Positions 1-14,060 of a DNA stretch of 64,000 nt are shown in pieces. The notes under the pieces were generated by a model. The model did no database searches. It was not told the DNA's origin and saw only the letters and a program-made list of their open reading frames with translations. Position 1 is the stretch's first letter; each line of letters starts with the position of its first letter. The translations under genes were made by a program, and so were the position numbers. Origin of the DNA: the human T2T-CHM13v2.0 reference genome, Homo sapiens; NCBI RefSeq assembly GCF_009914755.1, contig NC_060935.1; one strand, written 5' to 3'.

Positions 1-499
1 ATTTTTAAAAAAATATTCACAAACGCATGAGACTGTCAAAAAGCTGTTTTGAACTTCTTAGCTTCTTAGTAGCAACTTACTACTCAGCATCTCAACTTCT
101 TGAGTCATGACTCTTAGGCATCAGTGAATCTCTCAGAAAGACAGGGTAATATGTTCCATTCACTTAGCACAATGTTTTTCCTTTCTCTGAGATGTAACCC
201 TTCTATGCAGATGCCTTAATATTTCTCTGATGCCTTAAAACAATGTATTTTAATTACTCTATCCATCTTTTTCTGTTGTTTTTGATGGGTGGATTCATCT
301 CCTAGCTAGAAGTAGAAATTCAGACAAACTTTGGGAAGTTCTTGAGAGAAGAGAGAGAGAATTGGAGCTTAATAAGAATTACGTAGCATAAAGATAGTGA
401 AAAATATTGCAAAGAGGTGAATCGGTATTGAAAAAGTTTCAGAGGCAAAACTAAGTCTATAGTGGTAAAGGGTATGTGTTAGAGACAAGATGTGGCAGG

Positions 500-820
500 C
501 AGTCAGTTATTGATTGAACACCAGCTACTGGGCTACATGCCAATAGAATATAAGGACATAGTGCCTTGCTTCTGGGACTTGTATCATTGGAGAGGAGATA
601 ATAGATGTTACCAAACAACTATAAAGCAAGGTTTCATAGATATATGTCTTGTAATTTTTAATATATATTTTTTATTTTAAAGGAATTCTGATAAGGGAGA
701 AAACAAGGATGGCATTTGAGATGGGACAAGAAAAAAAAATGCTGTTTTTACCAGGAAACAAGGAAGGAACATAGAGCACATAGGATAAAATAAGGAGAGG
801 GGACAAAAAGTGTGGTATAG
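500..820 (-). mobile_element. L2 fragment (degenerate)
   Basis: Antisense L2 3'-end-like text (ttattgattgaacaccagctact...gacatagtgccttgcttctggg); boundaries approximate. Confidence 0.5.
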
Positions 821-825
821 TGTTT

Positions 826-1027
826 GAGTGGTTCTCAAACTTCAGCATGCATTATACTCACATGCAGGGCTTAAAATAAAGACTTCTGGGCTCCATCTCC
901 AGAGTTTCTGAAGGAATAGGTCTGGACTAGGGCCAGATAATTTGCATTCCCAACAAGTTCCTAGGTATGCTGATGCAGTTGATACAGCTGATGCTGCTGA
1001 TCTCGAGCCACATTTTGAGAATCACAA
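826..1027. mobile_element. MER5A-like hAT-Charlie DNA transposon (MITE)
   Basis: Terminal inverted repeats agtggttctcaaa ... tttgagaatcac; internal ccagagtttctga and atttgcattcccaacaagttcctaggt motifs typical of MER5A. Confidence 0.8.
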
Positions 1028-1571
1028 GTATAGACAGAATGACTACTAAAAGAATAGTAAAAGAAAGTGTAAATAATAGCTGACAGAAAGGCAAAAATGA
1101 TTTTTTTAAAAAGTACTTGCTTCAAAGAATTTATAATGTGCTTAATTTGGTGGAAGCACGGGGCAGGGGAATAGAGTTCTGCATGTAGGATCATAAGTAA
1201 TTTGCGATGAGAAAAAAGAAAAAAAAACGTAATTTGCTAAGAAATGTGATGGCCATGCAACTAGTAAAAATAATTACTTTAGAAATCATATTTCCTGAGC
1301 CAGCATCTCGTTATCTTGATAACTTTGTAAATAGTGCAGTTTTCCTATCCAGTATTTCTACTGAAATCCAGGCTGATTATTTTAAGAGCTGTTAGTAGCA
1401 CTCCATGGTAATTGAACATATTAATAATTATGAGGAACAGAATAGCTATACAGCATTTTTGCCTTAATTATATACCATGTGACTGTGACTATCCACATTA
1501 CTGAGACAGAGTTTAGTTGAACTATCCCTTCTGATGTAATGAATCTAGGTGAAACAAACTTCCTTTAATAT

Positions 1572-1674
1572 TTCAGAAACATCAAATTATACTTAGATAT
1601 AGCAAAGTACTTATATTTGAAGTCAACTTCAGAAACATCAAGTTATACGTAAAAATAGCAAAGTACTTATATTT
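1572..1674 (+). repeat. 47-bp direct tandem duplication (2 copies, 9-nt spacer)
   Basis: 1572-1618 vs 1628-1674 match at 43/47 positions. Confidence 0.9.
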
Positions 1675-2984
1675 ATATGTTTACAGAAAATGAAAAGGAA
1701 ATATTGTTTTGGTGTTAAAATTAACAATAAAGGAAAAACAAATAATCAGCACACTTCTCTGTACAATTAAAAGGTGAAGTTTATTTTAAACATTGAATAC
1801 AAATTTGATTGTAGAAAAAATGGCCAACTTCCTATTCTTCCATCTTTGCTTGGAAAAGTCTAAGTGTCTTCAATAATTATAAAACTATTTTCTTTAAGTA
1901 AAATGCATGTGATTGTTTTAGGACAGCATGGCATCTTTAAAGAAGGCACAAATACTCTAGCAAGTCTCCCAGCTTGTCCTTCCAGGCTAGCCTAACAGCT
2001 GGTGATAGATTAACCTTCACCATTTCTGAAAATTCTTGTATAGATAAAAATCACAGTGGAAATCGCCAGAACTCAGTACATTAGTACATTAACAATTTGA
2101 AAAAGGTAATGAATCTGGGGATAGAATAGATGAAAACCTGGGGAAATGTCAATTGTGATAACATCAATAATGAAATTCATTCTATTCAGATATAGATGAG
2201 ATTCAGTGAACCAAGTCTCAGCTCTTCAAAATGATTCTAAAATGTCCAATAGTTTCCATCCCCCTCAACCTGAGTCTGATCTGCTAGCAGTGAAGGAAAG
2301 GCAAATTAGATTTTTAAGCTTTAAGCGCCAGGTCAGCAAGTCCCTTATTGGTTCTTGGCTGTTTTAAATAATTTAATGTGTGATTTTATCAAGCAGACAT
2401 TAAAGACACAGGAGGTAAAATACTCCCTGGAATGAAGAACCATTCTTATTCAATCAAAATAGAATGCCCTGCTTTTTGTAGTAAAACATCAAATTGTTTG
2501 TGGTTACATAGAAATAATTCAGAGAGTCCTAGAATTTACCACTTCCTTCAACACTATATTAAAGCACATTGTGTCCTCTCAGAATATTCCAGTCTTTGAT
2601 GACCAAGCAAACACAGTCAGGCCTCCTGGGGTTGATGGGGAACTATTCCCTCTGGATCACAGCTCATGAAGCTGTCTGGTAACATTCCTGTTATCACTTT
2701 CCCACAGGAAAAACAATCAATCTATAAAATAAAGTTTTCTCTCGCTTTCTATAGCTTAACCAGATGTGTTAGGGAGTTGAACTGTATGTTTATTAATTTC
2801 AACGTGTTGAATTGTCTTATGTTTTACCTTCTTTATATATAAAGCACATTAAAATATGAAATTTTTTTTCTCTGCCACAAACATTGTTTAACTAGTGTAG
2901 AGTCCTTGAAGAATGTCTTCTATGCATGAGAATTATTTAATATGCAAAGATTCTATACTCTGTCAATTCTGGATATGGCTAACT

Positions 2985-3070
2985 AGTTCTTTAAAGGGCT
3001 AGACAGTAAATATTTTGAATATGTAGCTATAGCATCTCTGTCATAACTATTTAACTCTGCCATCATAGCA
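2985..3070. mobile_element. MER58-like fragment
   Basis: ttctttaaagggctagacagtaaatattttg...aactatttaactctgcc resembles the MER58A left end. Confidence 0.6.
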
Positions 3071-3074
3071 GCAT

Positions 3075-3430
3075 TGAAATCAGAATCAGATAGACCTGAA
3101 TTTGGCATCCAGTTCTCCCATGACATGATTTAGGCTAAGTTATTTACTGTCTATGAGCCATAATTCCTCTGTAAAATGGAAGCAAGATCTTTTTCATAGG
3201 CTTGTTAAGGAGCTTGCTATTGAGTCCCTAGTACATGCCAGGGACAGCACCACACAATTTCACCAAGTACCTCATTCTCACAATAGTGGTGTTTGAGGTA
3301 GGATTAGCTCCTTGGAGAGTTATGGCAATAGGTTCAGTGAGATTAGCTCTGGGTCATACCACTAATACAGACCTGGGGTTCTGAACCAACATTTCTGAGA
3401 CTCCAAAGTCCTTTGTTCCTTTTAATCTGT
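3075..3430. mobile_element. Two adjacent MIR fragments in opposite orientation
   Basis: MIR core (agaatcagatagacctgaattt...ctctgtaaaatgg) followed by an antisense MIR-like segment ending ctgagactccaaagtcc. Confidence 0.55.
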
Positions 3431-4159
3431 ATTACCTGGCTGTCACTATACTGCCTATTAGGAATGAGAGGGCATATTTAAAAAAAAAAAGTGACTAGCA
3501 CATTTTGTGGCCTGTGTTAGATGCTAAATAAACATTGGTTTTCTTTCCCTCTCTAGGGAGGCTAAAAAACTAGTTAATGGCAGCACTAGAAAGACAGCCT
3601 GATAAATCTTCCTGAGGAGAGGAGAGAGGGGGGAAGATACCTATCAGATACTACTGACAGCAACTGAGTAGAAAATTCAGTACTTGTCTAGCTCTCACGC
3701 AAGAGCAGTTTCTGATGGGCAGCAAAATAGGGCTTGAAACCTGAAGACTGGCTGCAGCCACGAAGTCTCCACAGAGAATATGTGTCGGTTAGATTTTAAA
3801 TCCCAGATCCCATATCAAGCATATAGCATTCTCATTACTTTCAGCAGCCTTGGCTCAGCATGCCCAGGAATTAAGGATATGCTGTTTCTCTCCTAAGCTT
3901 GCCTTTTGCTGCAGCAGCTCTGAGATGAACCAGAGTATATGGCAAGGACAGTGGGAGAAAAGGAGGCTTCTAGATTCAGGCCCCTGAGTACTCAGTAGTT
4001 CTACTATCCCTGAAGAACATCCCCTTGTTCTTTGCTTTTAAAGAGAAGACTTTTGATGGGTTTGACATTCCTTCTTAGGAAGCATGCTGTCGGGCTCCAG
4101 AGAACATAATTACAATTACACAAGACAAATGGACATTTTTAAAGGACTATTACAAAGAT

Positions 4160-4470
4160 GCCATACTAGTCATGGTGACTAGGCTTGGTTGTGCCAACAA
4201 AATAGGCCTGAAATCTCAGTGATATGATAAAACAAATACTTGCTTCTTGTGCTTGTAAAGTCTGCTTCCAGCAAGTTGAGTGACTCTGGGGAAGCTGGCT
4301 GCGGCAGTGACTCAGGATCCAGGCAGTTTCCATACAGACTCTTACATGCTTTGGTCCAGAGGTGATATGCATTACTCAGATTTACAGCCCTTGCCCAGAG
4401 TCACTTGACCTCTCCTCATTACAAAGAAAGTCAAAAAACAATGCGGAGTAAGGGAACTGAGACTAACGTG
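4160..4470 (-). mobile_element. MLT1-family (MaLR) LTR remnant
   Basis: ctgaaatctcagtgat...cagtgactcaggatccaggcagtttccat motifs typical of old MLT1 LTRs in antisense. Confidence 0.55.
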
Positions 4471-7393
4471 TGGAAATTCAGTCAGCCATAAATGTCTCTG
4501 CTAGAGATGAGCCTGCTGTCAGTGCAATGGAAGTAAACCTTTTTCTGAATACAAAACCATTCAGTGTTCTTCATATCAACTTTAAATTCCAATAGGGGAC
4601 TACAGTGTATAACGAAATGCTATTGAGTAACTCATTATGGCAAACAAGAATCGCCTTAGGCATGGCTGAATTTTCCCTAACTCTTCTTTTTTGCCCAATG
4701 CCTTAATACCTGAGAGGTGGCATGTTTGTGTTGTTCCATGAGGCAGAAGCAAGACCAATGATATTACTGGGGATAGGCTTTGCCTTTATGTCCGTGAAGA
4801 AAGTCTACTTTGAGCCTAATTCATGTTTTGATTGACCAGTGGAGAAAGAGCAAAGGGAACTCTGGAGTTAAAGCTCAGGTTCTGAGCCCATTTTTTTTTG
4901 GTTGGGGGAGGAGGGTTGTTTTTGTTTTTTCCTAGGAGAAAGGCAGGAGGGTCTGACTGGATCACCAGAATCCTCAAAGACAGGGCTAAAGGAAGAGAGT
5001 TTGTCTTCTACTTTTCTCTGGTATAAAGTTAGGTAGGTCATTCTCAGGATTTTATCTGAAAGACAGTGTTAAAGAAAAACACCCAAAGTATCTTCTAGGC
5101 AAGAGAACCAGGAGAGGGTTGAGGAGTTGGGAGGAGCTCAATGTTAGAATGGGGAAATCCGAACAATTACTCTGGTGGGCTAACTTTCTCAGCTTTTTCT
5201 TTCTTCTCTTCTGTTTGTATAGAGTAAGACCATTTAAAGGGACCAAAAATGGATGAACATACTTGGCACTATGAACTAAAAGATCTTTGGCTAAAGAAGA
5301 GATGAAGACTCATTCAACTCCTACAAGTGAATTAAGGAGCTCTGAGAAGGCAAAGCCAGCCCAGGAGGGTGGACACACTAAGAACAATGTGCCTTGTCCT
5401 GATACACAGTTGTGGTATAGGTAACAAAATCTGAGTATCCAACCTAAGATGTTACCCCTCACCTCACCAGAATACCTCCAATCCCTTCCCTGGAAACACA
5501 GAATAAATTCCTATAGAAAGTTATAAAGCAGAAAAACAAGGTATCTTTTGTGGAGTAAAGAATGATTATGGAGGAAAAACACCATTAACTGTCACAGAAA
5601 TAATTGTGTCATTCAGCAGAATGGTAGCTCTAAGGAAGACAGCAGCAATACTCAAGGTACAGCCATTCTTCTGGAACAAGTCCCACCAATCTGAAGCTGG
5701 AGTCAATGGTGGTGACAGTGGTGACATTGCAGAAAAGTAAGAAAGTTGAGGGAGGGATTCAGGAGAAACATGGCTGTTGGAATTAGACACTCAAGATCTA
5801 AACTAAATGGGATTAGTAATGATAAAAGGATAAATGGTTGATTTCTCCCATCACCACTTTGCCTGGAAATATTGAAAAGCAGGAACCCAGTGGTATGGTT
5901 GACTTCTCTAGAGCTACTGACAATAAAATGGGCTGCAACAACCACCACACACACACACACAAAAAAATCCCAGTGGGATTCTTGTTAATAGGGACATTTA
6001 GGAAAGGGTGGGATGCTCACTCACCCAGGTTATTGCAGAAAACATCCTGCTTTGACTGAGAAATTGTGGAGGATGCCTAAGGTCACTTCTGACATCTATG
6101 GAACTGTAAAGTCTGTTTCCCGTGGGGTATAGTTTTGTCATATTGTGACTATGTATTTGTGTATGTATTGTGTATGTATATTTGTCTTCCTATTAGCCAA
6201 TGCTCTGTCAACCCACGGTTGTTTTGAGAATCAAAGAGATAACATGCAGGAGGATGAAATGGGAACAGATTAACACAAGATGCTCACACTGCCTAGTAAT
6301 CATAGCTTTCTCCCTATTTCTGTCCCTGTCATCGGGCACAGCTATTCTATTAAATAGCTGCTCTCAATACACAATGGAAGTGCTTATTTTAATGTCTGTC
6401 TGAACCTGGATATTGATTGGGAGCAAGGTTGGAGATTAGTTGATGAAGCTACATTTTGTTTTTTTCACTAGAAACCGCAACAGGCAGAGACAAAGTTTGC
6501 GAATCCCAGTGCATCTCTTGACAGGCAAGCCTCTAAGCTCTCTCTGAAGCCTTCCCCACTTCAGCTCTTGAGATAACACGATTCCTTTCCCCACCCCAGC
6601 CAGGTGTCCCATCCACTACCAACCTGGAACAGAAGGAAGCTGGATGTTGTAACTTCCCTTCAGGCTGGGGCTGACCACAGAGTGGTTCTCCCTCTTCTCA
6701 GTTCTAGAGCTCGAGCCTCCCCTGCAGCTTCCATTGGAATAACTTAAGTTTTCCTTTCAGGCCTTCCATAGTGAGGCCCTGCTCATTTGGATGCAGTGCA
6801 GCCCACCTCCTGCCAACATGATCTTTCTTCCATTCTTGATCAATAAGTCACAAGCCTATTTGGCCTTTTCCCAGCAATGAGAGATGCACGGCTTGAGGTC
6901 AAAAGGAAAGAAGGCCAAAATAGACTCTGCCTCTGCCTAGCATTTAACTCCCATATACCCTTCACCTCCTCCACCATGCCCAGGTGTTTTCTTACTCCAA
7001 GGCTAGAATTTACATCAAATTTACTACAGGAGAGAAAAAAGAAGAAAGGATGGGAAGGAGGAATTAAAAGACAGAAGCATGAGGGAGGAGGAAGAGAATG
7101 GGAACAAAAAGGGAAGCAATATGTTGAATTGCTTGAATAAATACAGAAAGGGAGACAAAAGAATTATCTTTCTATTCTGGAAACAGGGTCATATACTCTT
7201 ATTCTTCCCACTGGCTTGAAGCAGAAGCCACAGCCTAAGCCCTGTCTTAATCCCCTCCACAAGCCCTCCAGCTGCCTCTGCTTGGACCCAGCATCCCCAG
7301 TGAAGCCCTAACTGTAGGTTCTTCCTTAGATTCACAGGTTCCCAAACATGGAGACAGTAGTTGACTGACTGCTTGCTTGATTGACAAAGAGCT

Positions 7394-7679
7394 GGCCGGG
7401 AGTGGTGGTTCATGCCTGTAATCCCAGCACTTTGGGAGGCCAAGGCAGGTGGATCACGAAGTCAAGAGATCAAGACAATCCTGGGCAACATGGTGAAACC
7501 CCGTCTCTACTAAAAATACAAAAATTAGCTGGGCTTGGTGGCACGTGCCTGTAGTCCCAGCTATTCAGGAGGCTGAGGCAGGAGAATCACTTGAACCCAG
7601 GAGGCGGAGGTAATAGTGAGCAGAGATCACACCACAGGACTCCAGCCTGGTAACAGAGTGAGACTCCGTCTCAAAACAG
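7394..7679 (+). mobile_element. Alu, AluSc-like, very short tail
   Basis: Full dimer ggccggg...ctccgtctc; gtcaagagatc and cctgg-taacag diagnostics; TSD AAAGAGCT at 7386-7393 and 7680-7687. Confidence 0.95.
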
Positions 7680-7739
7680 AAAGAGCTATTAGCTGTTGTC
7701 TATTGTCTGCTCCCTATGATCTGGGCTCTATTCCAAGTG

Positions 7740-7900
7740 TTGTTGCCTCTAGTTGTCCTCATCTCATGTAAAGCTTACTATTAGCTTCATTTTCTGATGA
7801 AGAAACTGAGGTTAAATAACTTGCCTCAGGTCATACATCAAGAAAGATGTCATGATTCAGTCCAGAATGGTCTGCAGCTGGGACTCATGCTCCTCACCAC
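7740..7900 (-). mobile_element. MIR
   Basis: cattttctgatgaagaaactgaggttaaataacttgcctcaggtcatac is the antisense MIR core. Confidence 0.7.
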
Positions 7901-9014
7901 CTTGTCTCCTGCCTCCCCATCCACCCAGCACTGCCTCCCATGAAGGAAAAGAGAGGCAGGTCAAATGCTTATCCCAGACTCCTAATTCTCCTAAGCTACT
8001 GCATCCTCCAATGAGAAAAAGTGTGCCTTTCTCAAAATCAGTGGGGATTTGGGAGATGCAGCTACCTCATGGAGGTACTTTGGGGCAAAGTAGAGCAGGA
8101 GCTTGGATAAATCATAGTACTGGAAAAAAAATGTATCCAGGCTGTTTATTTTACAAATGAAAACCCTAAGGCTCTCAAACCTGAATGAAATCATGAGATA
8201 ACTTTGCTGAGTGTAGCTAAAACCAGAGCTGTTGAATTAAAGAACCTTAGAAATAGAAGACATCTGATATTCTATCAAGTCCAAGCTACTTCTTTGTATC
8301 TGCCTCTATTTTAAAGATGTGTGCACTAAGAAACTTCAGTAACTGGTCTATCTTTGAATTATAGTATCTACTTTTCTGCAAAATGTGGAAGGAGTTAGTG
8401 GCAGATGTCCTGGCCAATTTTAGAGAGGTATTAGGGTCTACTACAGAATAGATGGTGACCAGAATAATGATCAGGCCAAGTGAGGAGGGCTGCATATATG
8501 GTGTCTATATATAGTAATCAATCAATAAAGAGATGTTAAATGCATGAATGAATGAAATTTTGAAAGTAGAAGGAGAAACAACTGAAGACTTTTTATGACG
8601 TTCCAAATATGCCATCTTAAAGTCTTCCCTGATGACCAGAAACTTCTATAAGACAAGTTCTGGAAGCTTCCGTGTTAAGGAACTCTTTTGGTAAATAGAG
8701 TGAAAAGAACACTTTTGATGTTGGGACAAAAGTATGAGTGGGCTCTAAGGTTTTTATTTGATTTGCAGTTTAATCAGCCTTCACTGGTATGGCAAATCGA
8801 AATCGGAGACAGACTTTAATTATCCTAGTGACCTTTAGACAAGGCCCCAGAGTCTGGTGCCGTAGGTTGTCATCTGAACGGAGCCTCATCAGAGATACCC
8901 TCAGGGTTTATGAATTGCTCTGCCTGTTTTATATTTATCCCAAATCACCTGGTACTGTTAGCTATCATTTTATTTAAGTCTCCACAAATGAATACTTTTA
9001 AGAAATGCTACCTC

Positions 9015-9230
9015 ACAGTATAATATAATGGTCAGATAGAATCTTGGGCTCTAGGGAAAGACAGCTCTTATTAAAATTGTGTCTCTATCACTTAATAACT
9101 ATAAATAATATCACATTATTTAATCTCTCTGACCTCTGTTCAGAGTTCATCTATAAAATAGATAGGGGTAATAATGTTCACTAACTCAACAGGTTCTTAG
9201 AGCAGAGAATGAAATATGCAAGTTTTTTGC
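9015..9230 (+). mobile_element. MIR
   Basis: gggctctagg...ttatttaatctctctga...catctataaaata MIR core. Confidence 0.6.
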
Positions 9231-10219
9231 AGAGATCTCATGTCTAACCTTCAAGAAGTTGCCCATGCCATCCAGAACTGACCCAAGCAACTCCTCTCCT
9301 GACCACTAGTGGACAATAATATAATGACTCCATCTCCATTCCTCATTTTACTTTTACAAAATAAACTTCTCTGGTTGACCATTAAGTTATTTAATCCCCA
9401 GGCACTATCAAGTTGAAGTCTGAATTAAGACTGTTACCCAGCTTTAAAAGACAATTGCAGGCTAGAGTGAAGACAAATTACTTGAGAAAAGTGGTTTGAT
9501 TCAGTTTATGCATATATTGACTGTCCCTGTGGTCAATGAACAGGGTCTCATTTAAAATTCAATTTGGAGAATTATGGTGCTTCTGAATGAGAGGAGAAAC
9601 ATAAATGAAATGGGCCACAAAGTGGCATTAAACTATTTCATACGGGTTAGACACAGCTTGGCAAATAAGAGAAGAGTCTCTCTGAGAGGTCTCTGCGGGA
9701 ATAATCTTGGAGGAAGAGTGAAAGCAGGAAAAGAAGAAAGACAGTTTCTCTACATATTCTGACCAGTACTAGGGAGCCCTCTCTGGCAGCTTCCAGAAAG
9801 GAGAGGAAGAAGGTATGACTGGAGGGAGGGAGAAGTCAGAGAAGCTCTGTGTTCCCTTTTTCTTAGCTAGACAGGAACCAAAATGATGCAGTTATTTTCA
9901 GAGATGCTGCATTACACCGCTCACCAAAAGTTGCCTTGGGTCACAGAGAATTCTCCTTTCTCTGTATTCATAAGAATTTAATATCTAACTTCAGCCCCTT
10001 GTATTTGAAGCTGCTCCTATTTGAAGCTGGCATTTGATCTGTCTCAGGAGGGTCAATTAAGAAAGACTACTAACGTTATTTTTTCCCTTTCATGGTACAA
10101 AAGGCAACTCACCTGCACCGTGGAATAATAATTAAAGAACCAACTCACTTCTTGCAGAAGCTATGAAGGAAGAAAACATGTTCAGAAAATAGAATTCAGA
10201 CAGGAAAAAGGGAGCAACT

Positions 10220-10400
10220 TTTAAGCATCCACTCTGCACCTGGTTTTCTATATATCATTTCACATAGCACTCATCACAGCCCCCTGACATGAACTTATTA
10301 TATTCATTTTAAAGACTGGAGAACTGAGTTTCAAACAGGTTAAATAGCTTGGGTCACATAGCTGCTAAGTGGTAAAGTCAGGTTAGGAATTCTAACCTGG
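10220..10400 (-). mobile_element. MIR
   Basis: cattttaaagactggagaactgag...ggtcacatagctgctaagtgg. Confidence 0.65.
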
Positions 10401-11034
10401 CAAACAGTCCTAATTCAAACTCCAATGCCATAGGGTAGTACCTGGGGATAAAATACTTTAATAACAGCCAACTAACACCCTAGAGGAAGAGCTTGTTTTG
10501 CCAAAATGCAACTTGGAAAAGAAAGTAAAATTATTAGATCATTATTCATGTATGGTCCTTGTTCTTGACAAATCATTCTCTTTGCTAAGCAGAAACAACT
10601 GTCAGATTGACCGAGAATTTCTTCTTCTTCACAAGGTTTTTAGGTTGGTGCTAAATGATTATGGCTAGTGGAAAAGTTCTCCTTTCTTCATATACACAGA
10701 TACACACAGAAAATATATACATACACATAAAAGAGTTTAGGAAGGGTAATCAAAAGAAATTTTATATACTCATCTTCATCACCATCATCTTCATTATCAT
10801 TATCACAGAATAAAGCTTAACTAAATAGGTAAGGAATTTCCTTAACTACCAATTTTAACAAGTTCTTCCTTTTCCCTCAGTGGTTTTATAGCATTTGAAA
10901 TAGAACTCTTAGTCCATTCTGAAAACCACAAAAAAAAATCCACTCTTCCAAATGCTTGTCTTTATAGTAGAACCAGACAATAAACTATAAGTTCACTAAT
11001 GCATATTTTTAGAGAAGACTGTTGAGGCCTTTAA

Positions 11035-11730
11035 TGAATGCATTTATTTATTATCTCCCTCTATTCCTTTCTCCCTTCCTTCTTTCTCCATTCCCTTCCT
11101 CCTTGCTTGTTTCTTTCCCTTCCTCCTTTCTCCAGCAAATGTTTACTGAGTGCCTATGATATGATTAGCACTGAACAAAGCCCTGGGATAAAACTTTCAT
11201 GCAGGCCTAATGTAACCATTGAATGGAGCTGTGTGATTAGTGGAGGAGATAGAAATTAATCAAGTGACCACACAAACCATTGAGCAATGGCAATTGCTAC
11301 AGATGTACTAAAGAAGAGGTGCACAGGGCTCTTTGAGAGACTGGCTGGTCAGGGAGGGCAAGGAAAGCTTCGTTGAAGAAGGGATGCTTGAGTTGAGATA
11401 AAAAGCCAACTTTTCACAGAGGGTAGAGAACACGTTTCAGGCAGATGGAGCAGCATGTGCAATGGTCCTGTGGCAAGGGGAATGTGGCATATTGGAAGGA
11501 ATGAACAGATGCCAGTGTAGATGAAGGACAAATGCTGAGGCTAAGTCTGTAGCAAGATGAGGTTGTAGAGATGAGTAAGAGCATAAAGGGACATGTATAT
11601 CATTGTAAGGAGTTTTTCATGAAACCCTCACAAGGGCTATAAGTAAGAGATGACTTGATCAGGTTTGTGTTTTTAAATTTTATTGCCTAAATGTGAAGAA
11701 TTGATTATGCAGGGCATGTGTTTGGTAGGG
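11035..11730 (-). mobile_element. L2 fragment with pyrimidine-rich tail
   Basis: cagcaaatgtttactgagtgcctatg...tggtcagggagggc...cagcatgtgcaatggtcctgtggc, antisense L2; CT-rich tract 11055-11130. Confidence 0.7.
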
Positions 11731-13329
11731 GACACAAGTTCACCAGCCCACCTTGAACTCTGAAGTTTTGTTCTCACTAGATTTCTATCACCCCATTTAC
11801 CTGCATGCATCCTGTGGCTACGTTTTTGTTTTTTCATCTCTTGGTCCCCACACTAGACATTGTCCCGTTTTCTTTAGTCCTCTAAACACCGTCAATGTAA
11901 GGCAGCATGTAGCATGTTTTCTATTGATGCTTAGTGATTACAGAAAAGAGTTTCAGCAGAGTGCAGAAGAGGTAAAAATATATATACTGAACCTTGGATT
12001 TTACTCTCTATAAGCTCTCTGCATAATTTCTTCCAGGATTATCTCCCCGAATTTCTTGCCTTCAGCTCCAACTCACTGCTGTCTTCCTACACCTTTTTTC
12101 CTACTGTAATCTTGTTCCTCCATCTTCTCCAAATCTCAGGATTCCCCAGATCCCTGTCTACCTCTTACCAGGCTCAAAGGTGCTGCTTCCATCTAAGTTT
12201 CTGCCATATATATCAAGGCAGTGGGGAACAGGACAAGAGATAGGAGACTTTGGTTTTCATATCAAACAAGCCCAGAGAAGGGTTTGTCATAAGCAAAGGA
12301 GAAAATATCTTTCTAAAAAGAATTCTTTTTCCACGTACCCCAGCAGTTTAAAGTACAGTTGGCTTTTAAAATAGCAATTATTTTCTTTTCTTTACATGTG
12401 TCAGAGTCCTTTGCTTCCGTTTTACTTACCTGAATCTATCCAATTATGCCCTATCAACACCAGAATGCAAGATGTATGAGGGATGTTTTATAAAAAATGA
12501 CTGTGGCAGACCAAAGCCAGAAGAGAAGAAATCAGATGGTCATTACCAAATTGGGAGAGAGGAGATAGCAAACATGTCCTTGGAAGCAAGTAGACAAAAT
12601 AGATCTGTGCATGAATTTGGGAATGGAAAAAAACAAACTAGCTGTAGGAAACAACAGTTCCCAAAAGACACTGAGAAGTGATAGCATAAACAATAATAGA
12701 GACAGAAAGGAAGACATAAAATAGGGAATGAGAAAATATGAAGGCTCTCAAGATGAACAGAACAATTTGCCAACACGTATGTCATTTCTCTCATAAATTA
12801 ACTTCCTTGATGGGCTTAATTGTTTGAACAAATGAGATGGAGCTATTTTCAGAATGATTATTTATTCTAATCACCAATTCCCTTACACTAAAAGGAATGG
12901 CAGAGAAACCAGGCTTTTCCAAGCTTCATCATTTTAGTTAAATATTTACACATTCCAACTGACACTAAAAGTAGTTGCTGCTTCTTGGGTCTCTGAAAGA
13001 TATGGGCTTAGGGTAATAGAGAGTTTAGGTATCTGCAGGTGGGTGTCTCAGAGAAGAAAGCCATCTCTCTGTGCATTGCCTGCTGGTAAAGAGCTGGGTC
13101 CTTCTCCTTAAACTTGTTTTACCAAGCCCAGAGTCCAGTCAAACCTGTTCTCAGGAGCCCCTGATCAGTTTATCTTTGAATTGTATTGAAATTTTACTTT
13201 ACTTCTTTTCTAAAATTCTTAATTTAGTACACCTTACTGTAATAGAATGAGAAGGATAAAGAAAATATATATTTTATATCTATTTATTCTTTCTTTAAGT
13301 CCATCTGAGCATAAATCAATTTATTTAGG

Positions 13330-13570
13330 ATTAAGAACTAGGCTTCAGCAAGAGAAGGGTTAGTTTCAACTCCTGACTGTATCACTGCCAAGCTGAATGA
13401 CTTTATTTAACCTACTTACTCTCTCCAAACCTCAGCTATTTTTCCTGTAAAATGGGGACAGTACTAGTTTCTATCTCATAAGGCTGTTATGATAATTAAA
13501 TAAGGTAAAACTTTAAAACACTTCAAATTGTGGCTGTCACATAATAAACCTCAAAGGTATCAGTTATTGT
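13330..13570 (+). mobile_element. MIR
   Basis: gctgaatgacttt...cctcag...ctgtaaaatggggacagtactagtttctatctcataagg. Confidence 0.75.
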
Positions 13571-13644
13571 TATAGTATTACTTCTTATTATTAAGAGTTG
13601 TAGATGAAGTGATGTACTTTAAGCATAGTAATTCTTCCAGATGT

Positions 13645-14060
13645 TTTTCTTCTTGTCAGTTCCTTCAAAAGTAGACTTAGACAAGGATTTGAGTGCAAGA
13701 AATTTGTGCAGGAAGTGCAGAGATAACCTTCAAGGACACCAGAAAGTGATATGAGGAGGGAAGGCAGTAAATACAAGCTGAGTTAAATCAGCAACCATGC
13801 TGGGTGGCTGAAGCTATTCTGTAGGGAATTTCCAGGAAATGATGGTGTATCACTTAAAGATGAAAGGAGTTAACATATTTATGTGCTCACTGGCTTCAGT
13901 AATTGGTTGAGGGCACTAATTACCCAGCATTTCTAGCCTACTGTCCATGGCAGAGTCATTTTCTAGAAAAAGCCCTTAGGCAAAGAGAAACATGTACTAG
14001 AAGTTGGAAAATGTCCAAAGCACAAAACAGACATCTGAAATTAATGATAACTCATGGCAT
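13645..14060 (-). mobile_element. ERVL LTR remnant (LTR33/LTR16-like)
   Basis: aagtagacttagacaaggatttgagtgcaagaaattt motif of antisense ERVL LTRs. Confidence 0.5.

Noticed and set aside
102-113. 12-bp palindrome GAGTCATGACTC overlapping an AP-1 site
   Set aside because: Palindromes of this length are expected several times in 64 kb.
1572-1674. Direct repeat as a CRISPR-like array
   Set aside because: Only two copies, a 9-nt spacer, eukaryotic context and no cas genes.
12430-12641. Minus-strand donor CAG|GTAAGT at ~12429 with a possible acceptor ~12642
   Set aside because: Consensus donors occur by chance at this scale, and the acceptor is ambiguous with no compositional or coding signal.
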